Shown: positions 1 to 8,985, numbered from the stretch's first letter. The stretch is 64,000 nucleotides of DNA from an uncultured virus (IMG/VR IMGVR_UViG_3300046008_001858) (IMGVR_UViG_3300046008_001858); one strand, 5' to 3'. Made by a program: numbers and translations. The notes: generated from the sequence alone by a model not told the origin.

Positions 1-603
1 TCATTCAGCATCCAAATCCTTATAAAGAGTATATTTATTTTTACCAGTATTTTTTGAATGATACATAGCTCTATCTGCTTTATAAATAATATCATCTTTA
101 GAATCTGTTTTTTCAGGTGAATATATTCCTATACTAGCTGTAACTTTAACATCTGGTTTTGAAAATGTTAAATCTTCAATACTCTTTCTTGTTCTTTCTG
201 CAATAGCCATACATTCCCTTTCATTAAGACCTGGTATTAACAATCCAAATTCTTCACCACCAAGTCTTCCTATTACAGTATGAGCACGATTATCAAATAC
301 AAGCTGTTTAGCTACAGTAATTAAAACCATATCACCTTCATTATGTGAATGGTTATCATTAATTTTTTTAAAATTATCTAAATCAATATATATTAATGTA
401 AATGGATAATTTTTTTCAACAAAATCTTTTTGCATATCTTCAATTGAACGAGAGAAACTTAATCTATTTGATACTTGTGTTAAAAAATCAAAATCAGCCA
501 TTCTTTTATTCTGTCTAGAAAGATTTATTTGTTCTTTCAATAAATTCTCCAACTCTATTATTTTCATTTTTAGCTTAAAATTTTCTCTCATTGATCTATA
601 CAT
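1..603 (-). CDS. Diguanylate cyclase (GGDEF domain)
   Basis: DFLT..NR, YIDLDNFKKINDNHSHNEGD, GRLGGEEF and ADRAMY..K..GKN motifs. Confidence 0.92.
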   Translation of the reverse strand: MYRSMRENFKLKMKIIELENLLKEQINLSRQNKRMADFDFLTQVSNRLSFSRSIEDMQKDFVEKNYPFTLIYIDLDNFKKINDNHSHNEGDMVLITVAKQLVFDNRAHTVIGRLGGEEFGLLIPGLNERECMAIAERTRKSIEDLTFSKPDVKVTASIGIYSPEKTDSKDDIIYKADRAMYHSKNTGKNKYTLYKDLDAE

Positions 604-867
604 AGTTTCATCTCCTTCATTTCGCTTATTTTAGACTTGTATTATAATCAATAAAATTAAAAAAACTTTAATTTAAGCATTATTTAATGTTTTTGGTGTT
701 CCAAATAGAGGTTATGCTGGTGGAGAGATGGTTTAATGCCATCTATTTTTCTTTAAGGAAATACTATAAAGTAGTTATTAATAACTATAAAATAGTTTTT
801 AATTTAATTTTTAATTAAGCAACATTAGTATATAATACTGACATGAAAACGATAAATCGTTATTCAT

Positions 868-951
868 GCCACCGTGGCGTAATGGTAGCCGCAAGGGACT
901 TAAAATCCCTCGTCTTCGGATGTACCAGTTCGAATCTGGTCGGTGGTACCA
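868..951 (+). tRNA. tRNA-Leu(TAA)
   Basis: Cloverleaf, anticodon arm AGGGA-CT-TAA-AA-TCCCT, long variable arm, TTCGAAT T-loop, encoded CCA. Confidence 0.93.
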
Positions 952-956
952 AAATA

Positions 957-1029
957 TGCTCTTCTCATCTAACGGTAGGATTTCGGCCATTTGTGTCGAC
1001 CATGTCAGTTCGAATCTGACTAAGAGCAA
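957..1029 (+). tRNA. Atypical tRNA-like gene (anticodon loop CATTTGT), copy 1
   Basis: Acceptor, D, anticodon and T stems present; lacks U33; near-identical copy at 35526. Confidence 0.6.
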
Positions 1030-1043
1030 CTATAAATATTACA

Positions 1044-1191
1044 TAAAGAAATGCGGTGTGGAAAGTAGACACACAACCAATATATACAAATTAGTATGAA
1101 GTACCGTTAAGGATGTTTGGTTATAACTGGGAATAGGCGCTCCTTTAGAAATATAAAACCTAATAGCAGGTTGACAACTGCCATTTCTTTA
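1044..1191 (+). ncRNA. Expanded tRNA-like RNA
   Basis: Closing stem TAAAGAAATG/CATTTCTTTA, D-like GTGTGGAAAGTAGACAC, T-like hairpin GCAG..CTGC. Confidence 0.45.
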
Positions 1192-1203
1192 CAGAATATT
1201 TAT

Positions 1204-1279
1204 GGGCCAATAGTTCAGCGGTTAGAGCCCTCCGCTCATAACGGAGTAGTCGTAGGTTCGATTCCTACTTGACCCACCA
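1204..1279 (+). tRNA. tRNA-Ile2/Met (CAT), probably Ile2
   Basis: Anticodon arm CTCCG-CT-CAT-AA-CGGAG, GGGCC acceptor start, CCA; no initiator features. Confidence 0.88.
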
Positions 1280-1360
1280 TTATTTATGGATCTGCCAGGT
1301 TTGGATAGTAATTATTTACTATGAAGAGTTCGAGTCTCATGCCACTTCCACATTATTTAT

Positions 1361-1464
1361 GTTTCGCTAGCTCAATGGCAGAGCACCTCCCTTTTAAGGA
1401 GTGAGAGAAATCTCAGGCAGTAAGATGCAGTGGTTCCAGTGTTCGAATCCTGGGCGGGACACCA
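1361..1464 (+). tRNA. tRNA-Lys(TTT) with about 30-nt expanded variable region
   Basis: CTCC-CT-TTT-AA-GGAG anticodon arm, TTCGAAT T-loop, CCA; insert between the anticodon and T arms. Confidence 0.7.
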
Positions 1465-1674
1465 AAAAAATATTTTTAAAGAATTTTTAATTTAAAAAAT
1501 TTTTAAAGTTATTTTCCAAAGTCAAGGTTGTAACTTTTGGAAACTCTGTGTTAAAACAGAAGGAATGCTTCGTAAATGGTGACTCATATAGCGAAGAAAT
1601 GGTTGGGTTGCCTACGTACTGGAAACGGTTGAAAGATACGTTAAAATCTTTCTGGTGGGTTTGACCTAATGAAA

Positions 1675-1797
1675 TTGTAGTGGCGGAATCAAAGACCTAT
1701 AGCTATTAGCTATAAAAAAGTGTGGTTACAAAGACGCTAACAACTATATTCATAATTATGTATGAATAATTTATAGGTGGAAGTCCTATAGCTACAA
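1675..1797 (+). ncRNA. Expanded tRNA-like RNA (family with 54202, 54435, 55399)
   Basis: TAGTGGCGGAAT..AGACGC D-like arm, 6-bp T-like stem TATAGG-TGGAAGT-CCTATA, closing TTGTAGT/GCTACAA. Confidence 0.6.
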
Positions 1798-1911
1798 AAG
1801 TCGAGAAGACTATAATTCTGCGAGAACCGATATCTTTTGATATTAACTGGGTCGTTAGTAATCCCGCTCGTGAGGTTTGGTACCAAAATAGTGATTCTTA
1901 AGAATCACTAT

Positions 1912-2439
1912 CTAAAATTCTTTCTTCATTAAATAAAATAAAGCAAATAAAACTCCAACAAAGATCCCCCCTGCATGAGCATACCAAGCAATCGGTAAAT
2001 GTAATGATAAAATAATTACATGAAAAATAACTGCTTGAATTACAAATGAAGCTATTTGACCACTAACAATTGAGTAAAAAGCAAATAATCCAAAAATTGC
2101 TCCTGAGGCACCAACAACATTTATTAATTGATCAGAACTCCCTATATAAGCAACTGAAGCTAATGATCCACCCAAACCTGATAAAAAATAAACAAAAAAC
2201 ATAATTTTACTAGAAATATTTTTCTCTGTTAATAATCCTACTTGTAATAATGCTATCATATTCATTGCTATATGAGCGATACCCGCATGTAAGAACATCG
2301 AAGTTATCCAAATAATAGGATTGTATAGATTTGAATTATTTAGGCCATAAAGGCCAATATAATGTTCATAATCAATTGGAAGAAATAAAAAATTTGCATA
2401 AACTAAAATATTTATTACAACCAAAGCAATTGTTATCAT
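1912..2439 (-). CDS. Rhomboid family intramembrane serine protease
   Basis: SMFLH..HIAMNM, GASGAIFG catalytic Ser motif, AHAGG catalytic His. Confidence 0.92.
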   Translation of the reverse strand: MITIALVVINILVYANFLFLPIDYEHYIGLYGLNNSNLYNPIIWITSMFLHAGIAHIAMNMIALLQVGLLTEKNISSKIMFFVYFLSGLGGSLASVAYIGSSDQLINVVGASGAIFGLFAFYSIVSGQIASFVIQAVIFHVIILSLHLPIAWYAHAGGIFVGVLFALFYLMKKEF

Positions 2440-2834
2440 TCAGCATCGTCCTCATAACCATTTTCAGAATAATGAAATTCACAACAAGGATATTCATCTC
2501 CATTTTTATCAATAGGAACTATCTCTAGCTGCAGAAGTTGCGTATCAGTAAAATTATAGAAAATGGATTTAATTAAATTCATATCAGTAATTTCTTCAAG
2601 ATGTTCGCCATAATTATGAATTATATTTCCATAGTTACGAACTTTAATAGAATCTTTTAAGAAAAAATTAATTTGTTCTTCTCTTGGCACTGGATCTTCG
2701 TCTCTATCAAAATCATAATTGTTACAAGAACATCCTTTTGGAACACATGTATCACAATAAAAATCTTTTTCAGGATCATTTCCTGACATTAAAAGCCATT
2801 TTGCTGTGTTATCACAATAACAACATTTTTTCAT
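2436..2834 (-). CDS. Hypothetical Cys-rich protein
   Basis: 132-aa ORF with RBS and CxxC motifs, overlaps the rhomboid start. Confidence 0.65.
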   Translation of the reverse strand: MKKCCYCDNTAKWLLMSGNDPEKDFYCDTCVPKGCSCNNYDFDRDEDPVPREEQINFFLKDSIKVRNYGNIIHNYGEHLEEITDMNLIKSIFYNFTDTQLLQLEIVPIDKNGDEYPCCEFHYSENGYEDDAE

Positions 2835-2963
2835 AAAATAATCCTTATTTTTTTAATATTATACAGAATTTATTATTAAATATATATTATTTTTAATTGG
2901 AATAATAAGTACTTTTTAAGTGAATAAAATATATAATATATTAATAATAAAAAGGTAGCCAAA

Positions 2964-3356
2964 ATGAATTATGAAACTGTTGAATCTTATAGAGCAGCTA
3001 TGGATAAACTAGCACAGTCGATTCAAAAAAAAGCAAATAAGTTATTACTTGCTAAAACTGAATTAAATGACTATCAAATAGAAGTAACCTATTGTAAAGG
3101 ATGGTTTGGTGGAGATGATCAAATAGAAGATAAAATGGTCATATCATTGTTTTTTAATTCAAAAAGAGTTGAAACCATAACTATTTCTCCTTATCGTGGT
3201 ACTTTTGGAAAGATAAATTTAATGGATGATTTTATTGATAATTATAATAAAAAGAAAAATATTAAAAAAAGTGTTAAAACTCTTTTTAATAATTATTTTA
3301 TAAAATTTGATAAAAATACATCTTCTATTTTAAAATCTTGTATAAACTTAATTTAA
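2964..3356 (+). CDS. Hypothetical protein
   Basis: 130-aa ORF after TATAAT promoter and AAGG RBS. Confidence 0.65.
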   Translation: MNYETVESYRAAMDKLAQSIQKKANKLLLAKTELNDYQIEVTYCKGWFGGDDQIEDKMVISLFFNSKRVETITISPYRGTFGKINLMDDFIDNYNKKKNIKKSVKTLFNNYFIKFDKNTSSILKSCINLI

Positions 3357-3422
3357 GATTATATTACATAATCAATATCTATTATTAATAAATAGATAAT
3401 TTTTTCGAAAAAAGGGGTTTAC

Positions 3423-3803
3423 ATGTTGTTTACTATAAATTCAGAGTTGCTCAAAAGAGCTGTACGAAAGCATCTTGCTAAAAAATATCGAATTGATATT
3501 TCAGCGATTACATATCTTGACTTTAATGAAGGAAGTCTTATTTCAGGTATTTTTACTGATAAACCATTTGGTGAAAATCAATCAAGACCTTTACTTGAAG
3601 TTAGATTAAAAATTAATGATATTGATTTTATTGAAACTATTTCAAATGAATCATATCTGTTTACTGTTGCAAAAACATTAATTTCTGAAGAATTGGGATT
3701 AAATGAATCTGATTTCATCTTAGAAGAAATTTATCCTTCTGAAAATAAAGAAAATGGTGACCTTGTTGTTGTTCATTTTTATTTAAATGGGGATGAGGAG
3801 TAA
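3423..3803 (+). CDS. Hypothetical protein
   Basis: 126-aa ORF with AGGGG RBS. Confidence 0.65.
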   Translation: MLFTINSELLKRAVRKHLAKKYRIDISAITYLDFNEGSLISGIFTDKPFGENQSRPLLEVRLKINDIDFIETISNESYLFTVAKTLISEELGLNESDFILEEIYPSENKENGDLVVVHFYLNGDEE

Positions 3804-3806
3804 GTT

Positions 3807-3989
3807 ATGAATAACATTGAAGCTTTAAAAGAAGCATTAAAAAATGTTGATTTGTATGACATTGAGGAAGCATTAAAAGAGCGACTTCAAGACGAATTTG
3901 AGAACGCTTACATGTGTTTTGACGGACTTACAAATCTAGATAGTAATCAGCAAAGAATTTTAAAATTCTATTTTGCTTTAAACAATTAA
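3807..3989 (+). CDS. Hypothetical protein
   Basis: 60-aa ORF, operonic, GAGGAG RBS. Confidence 0.6.
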   Translation: MNNIEALKEALKNVDLYDIEEALKERLQDEFENAYMCFDGLTNLDSNQQRILKFYFALNN

Positions 3990-3999
3990 AGGACTTATT

Positions 4000-4308
4000 A
4001 TGAATGCAAATTGTGTTTTATTCGGGGAAATTATTTGTGAAATACAACTAATTGTTGCTGAAAATGGAGCTATCTGTCGAACAGAACAAAGACGAATAAT
4101 TCTTGAAATGGCTGATAAAATGATTAAAGATGGATTAATTGATTCAGAATCAACTGATATCGATGAAATTATACTTAATAATATTGACAAGTATTTAGGA
4201 ACTTTGTTAAAATTAAAAAATGAATATTCATTTATAAGAACTATAAATGCAATAAAATCACATGCTTCTGAATGCAATAATTCATTATTTGGATTAAGCA
4301 ATACATAG
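4000..4308 (+). CDS. Hypothetical protein
   Basis: 102-aa ORF with AAGGA RBS. Confidence 0.6.
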   Translation: MNANCVLFGEIICEIQLIVAENGAICRTEQRRIILEMADKMIKDGLIDSESTDIDEIILNNIDKYLGTLLKLKNEYSFIRTINAIKSHASECNNSLFGLSNT

Positions 4309-4500
4309 TGGATTATTCCACTATTTCACTTTTAGTTAAAAAAATAAAATAAAAACTGGAGAACAATAAAATTAAAAATCGCAGATGAAATTTTTAGTTG
4401 CTAAATATGGAAATAAAATAGATCAAAGAAATCTATTTTTAGATATTGAAGATGAATTAATTAAAGAAAATATCAATTTTGAATTATTTGGAAACAATAT

Positions 4501-5271
4501 TTATTTAAAAAATAAATTATTTACATTATTTTCAATTTTATTTTCTAATTCTTTAATATCCTTTTTTAAAATAAAAGCAATTTTATTTAATACATATCTT
4601 GTGTATGCTGGTTCATTACGTTCTCCTCTATGAGGAACTGGAGTTAAATAAGGCCCATCTGTTTCAAGAATAATTCTATTAATATCCATTGATTTTAAAG
4701 TATTTTCTAATAAACCAGTTTTATCATAAGTTAAAACACCACCTATTCCAAAATAAAAATTAAACTTTTCTAATTCTAATAATTTTTTACTACCTAAAAA
4801 ACAATGAACAACTCCACCAACTAAATCATGTCCAAATTTAGAAACAGATTCAACCATTTCTAAATCAGTATCTCTTGAATGCAATATAACTGGTTTACGC
4901 CATTTTGCTGCTAATTCAAGTTGTTGTTCAAATACTTTCTTTTGAGCAGCCTTAACATCGTTTATGTTACTTCCAGGTTGAATTCTGTACCAATCTAATC
5001 CACATTCACCAATAGCCACACATTTCTCATGAGAAAGATGTCGTTCAATTAATTGTAAATTAAAATGATTCATTCTATTTGGATGATTTCCAGTACTAAA
5101 AAAAATATCCTCATGTTTATTTACTAAGTGTAAAATACCAACCATATTATCTGATTCAATTGCTGGTATAATAAATCTTTTAACTCCAGCATCTCTCGCT
5201 GTTCCTAAAACTCTATCTATGTCATTATGATATTGTTTAACATCTAAATGAACATGTGTGTCTGTTATCAT
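4501..5271 (-). CDS. tatD: TatD family hydrolase
   Basis: DTHVH, GNHP, AIGECGLD, LHSR, VVHCF and LETDGPYL motifs. Confidence 0.95.
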   Translation of the reverse strand: MITDTHVHLDVKQYHNDIDRVLGTARDAGVKRFIIPAIESDNMVGILHLVNKHEDIFFSTGNHPNRMNHFNLQLIERHLSHEKCVAIGECGLDWYRIQPGSNINDVKAAQKKVFEQQLELAAKWRKPVILHSRDTDLEMVESVSKFGHDLVGGVVHCFLGSKKLLELEKFNFYFGIGGVLTYDKTGLLENTLKSMDINRIILETDGPYLTPVPHRGERNEPAYTRYVLNKIAFILKKDIKELENKIENNVNNLFFK

Positions 5272-5335
5272 TTTTTACTCCCCTTATTTCATTCGGCCGC
5301 TTTGCGGTTTTAAGAAAAAATAGTGACATTTGTCA

Positions 5336-5776
5336 CTATAGATATTCATAAATCTCAATTTCTAAATCAAGATCTTCTAAATATTTGATCATTAATGGTT
5401 TTACTTGAGATTCAAAATCAAGTCCACCATTTTGACATCCTAGATGAGGGAATGCTATAGAAGTAATTCCTTTTTCTTTATATGTGTTTACAAATTTTTT
5501 TAAACCTTCTTCAATATTTTTAATTTCAGAAGGGTTTCTCCAATCAGTTTTTGTTGGAAAATTTAAAATCCATTTTTCTTCAGATTTATATAAAAATAAC
5601 TTACCAATATCTAGTAATTTATTATCACAAATCTTTTTATAAATAGAAAACATTCTTGGATATCGTTTTTTATATTTTAAAGCAATTCCTTTTCCCATAA
5701 CTCCAACACAATTTACTGTGTTAACGATGGTTTGAACTTCTGAAGAAAAAAAATCGCCTTTTATGAATTTTATCAT
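5336..5776 (-). CDS. Macrodomain ADP-ribose hydrolase (DarG/Poa1-like)
   Basis: GDFF, IVNTVNCVGVMGKGIA, ILNFPTK and SIAFPHLGCQNGGL motifs. Confidence 0.9.
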   Translation of the reverse strand: MIKFIKGDFFSSEVQTIVNTVNCVGVMGKGIALKYKKRYPRMFSIYKKICDNKLLDIGKLFLYKSEEKWILNFPTKTDWRNPSEIKNIEEGLKKFVNTYKEKGITSIAFPHLGCQNGGLDFESQVKPLMIKYLEDLDLEIEIYEYL

Positions 5777-5815
5777 ACGTCATCCTTTATTAATTGATAT
5801 TATAAATTTTTTATA

Positions 5816-6055
5816 TTAATATTTTTTATCTTTTAATGCTAACCATATTTGTTTATCTAATCTATATTGAATTAATCCATTTATAAAAATATAAGATATT
5901 AATAGCAATATAAACAAATAAAATTTATCTGTAAACATATAAATTAAAATAAAAAATGGAATAAGTAAACTTAAGTTATCAATAAAACTAAATTTTAAAT
6001 ACTTTAAAAATGAAGGAAACTCTTGTAATTTAATAATTTCGTCAATATGAATCAT
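5816..6055 (-). CDS. Hypothetical membrane protein
   Basis: 79 aa with two hydrophobic segments, GGAG RBS. Confidence 0.55.
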   Translation of the reverse strand: MIHIDEIIKLQEFPSFLKYLKFSFIDNLSLLIPFFILIYMFTDKFYLFILLLISYIFINGLIQYRLDKQIWLALKDKKY

Positions 6056-6164
6056 TTTTTCTCCATCTTCGCTAACAACTTTAGTTGTTTAACAATTATA
6101 ATCTTTAATTAAGGTGTATTATATTATAATTTTCCTTAATATAATATCAAGAGGAATAAAGATT

Positions 6165-6914
6165 ATGATTAAAGGGTTTATTGGAGACTATATAGGATCA
6201 ATTCATGAGGGATATCAATGGACAAAAAAGGATCAAGATATTTTAAATTTAAATGCTGAAAGAATACCAGTCATTAAAGATGCTTTTAACAAGAGAATAG
6301 AACAATCAATTACAGATGATTCTATTTGTACATTAGGACTTTATAAAGCATACTCTGAAGGAGCTATTGGAGATGAATCAGCACAAATATTAGCAAATTT
6401 TTGTAAAGAACATAGGGATTGTGGATTTGGAAAACAATTTGAAAAGTGGATAGATAATCCAATCCCCTATAACTCTTTTGCAAATGGATGTTTAATGAGA
6501 TTAGGGTTTTTAGAATATGTTCCTGAAAATGAAAGATTGTATTTTGGTATTGATTATACTGTTATTTCTCATAATCATGACGATTCTGTAGATTCTGTAA
6601 AAGATTATATTGAAATATTAAATAATAAAGGAAATACTTTTGTATTAAATAATATTATAAAGAAAAGAGAAATTAAAAAAACAGTTGAAGATTATCATAA
6701 TGATAAAAAATTTGAAATATCTGCTAAAGGGACACTTGATCAAGCATTAATTGTTTTAAAAGAATCGAATTCTTTTATAGAAATTCTTCAAAATTGTATG
6801 TTTATTGGTGGAGATACAGATACTTTAGCTACTATTGCTTGTAATTTAAGTAAATTTGAAATACCTGAAGAGTTGTTATTTATTTTAAAAGAAAAAATGA
6901 AGAATTTGATTTAA
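6165..6914 (+). CDS. ADP-ribosylglycohydrolase family protein
   Basis: GDYIGS, TDDS, SFANGCLMR, SHNH and GGDTDT motifs. Confidence 0.9.
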   Translation: MIKGFIGDYIGSIHEGYQWTKKDQDILNLNAERIPVIKDAFNKRIEQSITDDSICTLGLYKAYSEGAIGDESAQILANFCKEHRDCGFGKQFEKWIDNPIPYNSFANGCLMRLGFLEYVPENERLYFGIDYTVISHNHDDSVDSVKDYIEILNNKGNTFVLNNIIKKREIKKTVEDYHNDKKFEISAKGTLDQALIVLKESNSFIEILQNCMFIGGDTDTLATIACNLSKFEIPEELLFILKEKMKNLI

Positions 6915-6998
6915 TATATGTTTTTTAATTTAATAAATATTTAAGGATTTATAGATTATAATTACAATCTACAACGAATTAATTGTTGAGTTCTTTTT

Positions 6999-7330
6999 AT
7001 AAACAAATTTTGGAGGTGGGCTTAGAAGCAGCCATCCTTTAAAAAGTGAACCCTTATTTTCGCTAAAGTAGGCATTTAAGATTTCGGCAGTTACTTGGCA
7101 GTTTTAATACTGAATAGAAGGTAAACCTGATTTCGTATATGTACAGCGTCAGCATAACAATACTGAGTCCCTTAGGCAAGGTAGAAGGTGATTATGTTTG
7201 AACGCAAAAAAGATTCGCCGATCTTTATTTTTATTTATTATTTCTGTGGTTTAAAAATAATAAGAATGCGGGAAATAACCTCAGGGGAGAAGACAGTTCT
7301 TTGGCGTAACAGCATACAAAGTTTGTTTAT
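6999..7330 (+). ncRNA. Structured RNA containing a split mimic of the 23S rRNA L11-binding domain (H43/H44)
   Basis: 14-bp closing stem; GGCTTAGAAGCAGCCATCCTTTAAA at the 5' end and GCGTAACAGC at the 3' end; TATAAT promoter upstream. Confidence 0.7.
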
Positions 7331-7648
7331 TTATACTATTATAGTTTAAGAAAGAGTGTTACCAGAAGGGTAGCGAAGCTTGGAGTATTCAAAAAAACTT
7401 GAAAATCTTATAAAATATAATTTAAAAAGATAATATTTATTATTTTTTTAAACTATATTAAAATTGATCAGTTAATATTAGTTAGAAACTTTATTTTAAG
7501 AGTTACCAAATTAATGCATAGCTTATAGATTAAAGCTTACCCCACACAAGGGGTGAAAGTCGTTTGAATCGACGAACATTAAAGAGATATAAAGAAAATA
7601 TAGTTTCGGCTTATCAATCAATCGCCTAACTGGTAGAAATTGATATAT

Positions 7649-7735
7649 ATCGGAGAATAGTTTCAATAGGCAAAACGCTTCACCCTTATTGCAAGGATAA
7701 TGAAGAACCACACGTTCGAATCGTGTTTCGATGAC
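7649..7735 (+). ncRNA. tRNA-like element with enlarged anticodon arm
   Basis: D-like GTTTCAATAGGCAAAAC, stem CTTCA/TGAAG, T arm ACACG-TTCGAAT-CGTGT. Confidence 0.45.
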
Positions 7736-7779
7736 TAGATTTAAAAAAATAATTTTGTTATAATTCTGATAACAAAAAA

Positions 7780-7870
7780 GGGAAATTGGCAGAGTGGCCG
7801 ATTGCGACAGTCTTGAAAACTGTTGAGGGTTTGTAGCCCTCCGAAGGTTCGAATCCTTCATTTCCCGCCA
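7780..7870 (+). tRNA. tRNA-Ser(TGA)
   Basis: ACAGT-CT-TGA-AA-ACTGT, long variable arm, G73, CCA. Confidence 0.95.
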
Positions 7871-7875
7871 TTAAT

Positions 7876-7952
7876 GCCGACGTAGCTCAGGTGGTTAGAG
7901 CAGCTGATTTGTAATCAGCAGGCCAGGGGTTCGAATCCTCTTGTCGGCACCA
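7876..7952 (+). tRNA. tRNA-Thr(TGT)
   Basis: GCTGA-TT-TGT-AA-TCAGC, canonical cloverleaf, CCA. Confidence 0.95.
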
Positions 7953-7964
7953 AAACTTCAAAAA

Positions 7965-8144
7965 TTAGTTCCCATACTCAATACAAAACTTTCTTTTCTT
8001 TTCATCTAATAAAATAGAATATTCTTCTAAGTGTTTGTTATTATTTGCATAGTAACCATTATATATCATTGCTTTAACGTTCATTATCTGTTCTTGTGTT
8101 AATCCTAATTTTTCTTCAATATAAATCATTCTTTGTGTTTTCAT
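7965..8144 (-). CDS. Small hypothetical protein, paralog 1 of 3
   Basis: MKTQRMIYIEEKLGL.. aligns with the ORFs at 8156 and 8782. Confidence 0.7.
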   Translation of the reverse strand: MKTQRMIYIEEKLGLTQEQIMNVKAMIYNGYYANNNKHLEEYSILLDEKKRKFCIEYGN

Positions 8145-8155
8145 TACTAACCTCA

Positions 8156-8335
8156 TTATACGAAATAATCGAAACATAAGTTTCTAATAAAAGCATTTGT
8201 GAAAACAGAATATTCAATTGTATGTTTATTCTTTTTTGCATAATGTTCATTTGAAAGCATTGTTCTTGCATTATTAATCTGTTGTTCAGACCATCCTAAT
8301 TTTGATTCAATATCAATTCTCTTTTGACTTTTCAT
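8156..8335 (-). CDS. Small hypothetical protein, paralog 2 of 3 (59 aa, not in ORF track)
   Basis: Hand translation MKSQKRIDIESKLGWSEQQINNARTM..; GAGG RBS. Confidence 0.7.
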   Translation of the reverse strand: MKSQKRIDIESKLGWSEQQINNARTMLSNEHYAKKNKHTIEYSVFTNAFIRNLCFDYFV

Positions 8336-8444
8336 TTGTTAAAACCTCTTGTATTAATATCTTAGTGTTATATATCTTTTTTAAGTAAATTTTAATGATA
8401 TTATTAATATAATATCAGTATATTTTATACACAAGGATTTAAAA

Positions 8445-8777
8445 ATGAATCGATTAAAAGTATTTTATACTTCGGTATTAATGGTTTTTGTTATTGCAAT
8501 TGGTTTGATTTATATAGCTCATGATAATGAATTATATGCAGCAAAAAAACATGTTACTGAAACAAGTTTTGTTAAAATTGTTAAGAATGTAGAAAATCAA
8601 GATAGTTCAGAAAAAAAGATTTTCTATGTTGAACTTGATAATGGTAGCTTTTTTTTAGTAAAGAAAAATGGAAAATTTGTTCCAAAAGTAGGCCGAGAAG
8701 TTATGGTTTCTAAATCAGGATTAATTATTAAGTCTGAAATAGCAATTTTAGATTCTATTATTTTTAAATACGCATAA
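8445..8777 (+). CDS. Hypothetical membrane-anchored protein
   Basis: 110 aa with N-terminal TM helix and RBS. Confidence 0.65.
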   Translation: MNRLKVFYTSVLMVFVIAIGLIYIAHDNELYAAKKHVTETSFVKIVKNVENQDSSEKKIFYVELDNGSFFLVKKNGKFVPKVGREVMVSKSGLIIKSEIAILDSIIFKYA

Positions 8778-8781
8778 AAGT

Positions 8782-8985
8782 TTATGCGTTTTTTAATAAA
8801 TAATAATTTTCTAAATATTCTAAACAAAGTTCTTTTAATTTAATATCTTTTATTACTTCATATTCTTTCAAATTTTTATTTTTTTCAGCATAAAATTTAT
8901 CATGTATCATCGCAATAGCGTTTCTTATTTGATCTTCACTTAATTCTAATTCTTTTTCAATTTGAATCATTCTTTCATTTTTCAT
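8782..8985 (-). CDS. Small hypothetical protein, paralog 3 of 3
   Basis: MKNERMIQIEKELELSEDQI..; AGGAGG RBS. Confidence 0.7.
   Translation of the reverse strand: MKNERMIQIEKELELSEDQIRNAIAMIHDKFYAEKNKNLKEYEVIKDIKLKELCLEYLENYYLLKNA

Noticed and set aside
695..750. Possible riboswitch upstream of the GGDEF gene
   Set aside because: Only one clear hairpin (AGATGG/CCATCT); no match to c-di-GMP or fluoride aptamer consensus that I can support.
811..1099. ORF-track proteins over the RNA islands (also 7523-7861, 34676-35598, 35928-36143, 53024-54858)
   Set aside because: They are shadows of GC-richer tRNA and ncRNA genes, lack an RBS and have no protein-like features.
3978..4633. Antisense or overlapping ORFs (3978-4301, 4385-4633 and similar ones inside secA, fapA, tnpB, hsdR)
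   Set aside because: They overlap better-supported genes on the opposite strand or in another frame.
7011..7050. Bona fide 23S rRNA gene
   Set aside because: Only about 55 nt resemble rRNA, split by an insert and without flanking rRNA sequence; reported as a mimic instead.
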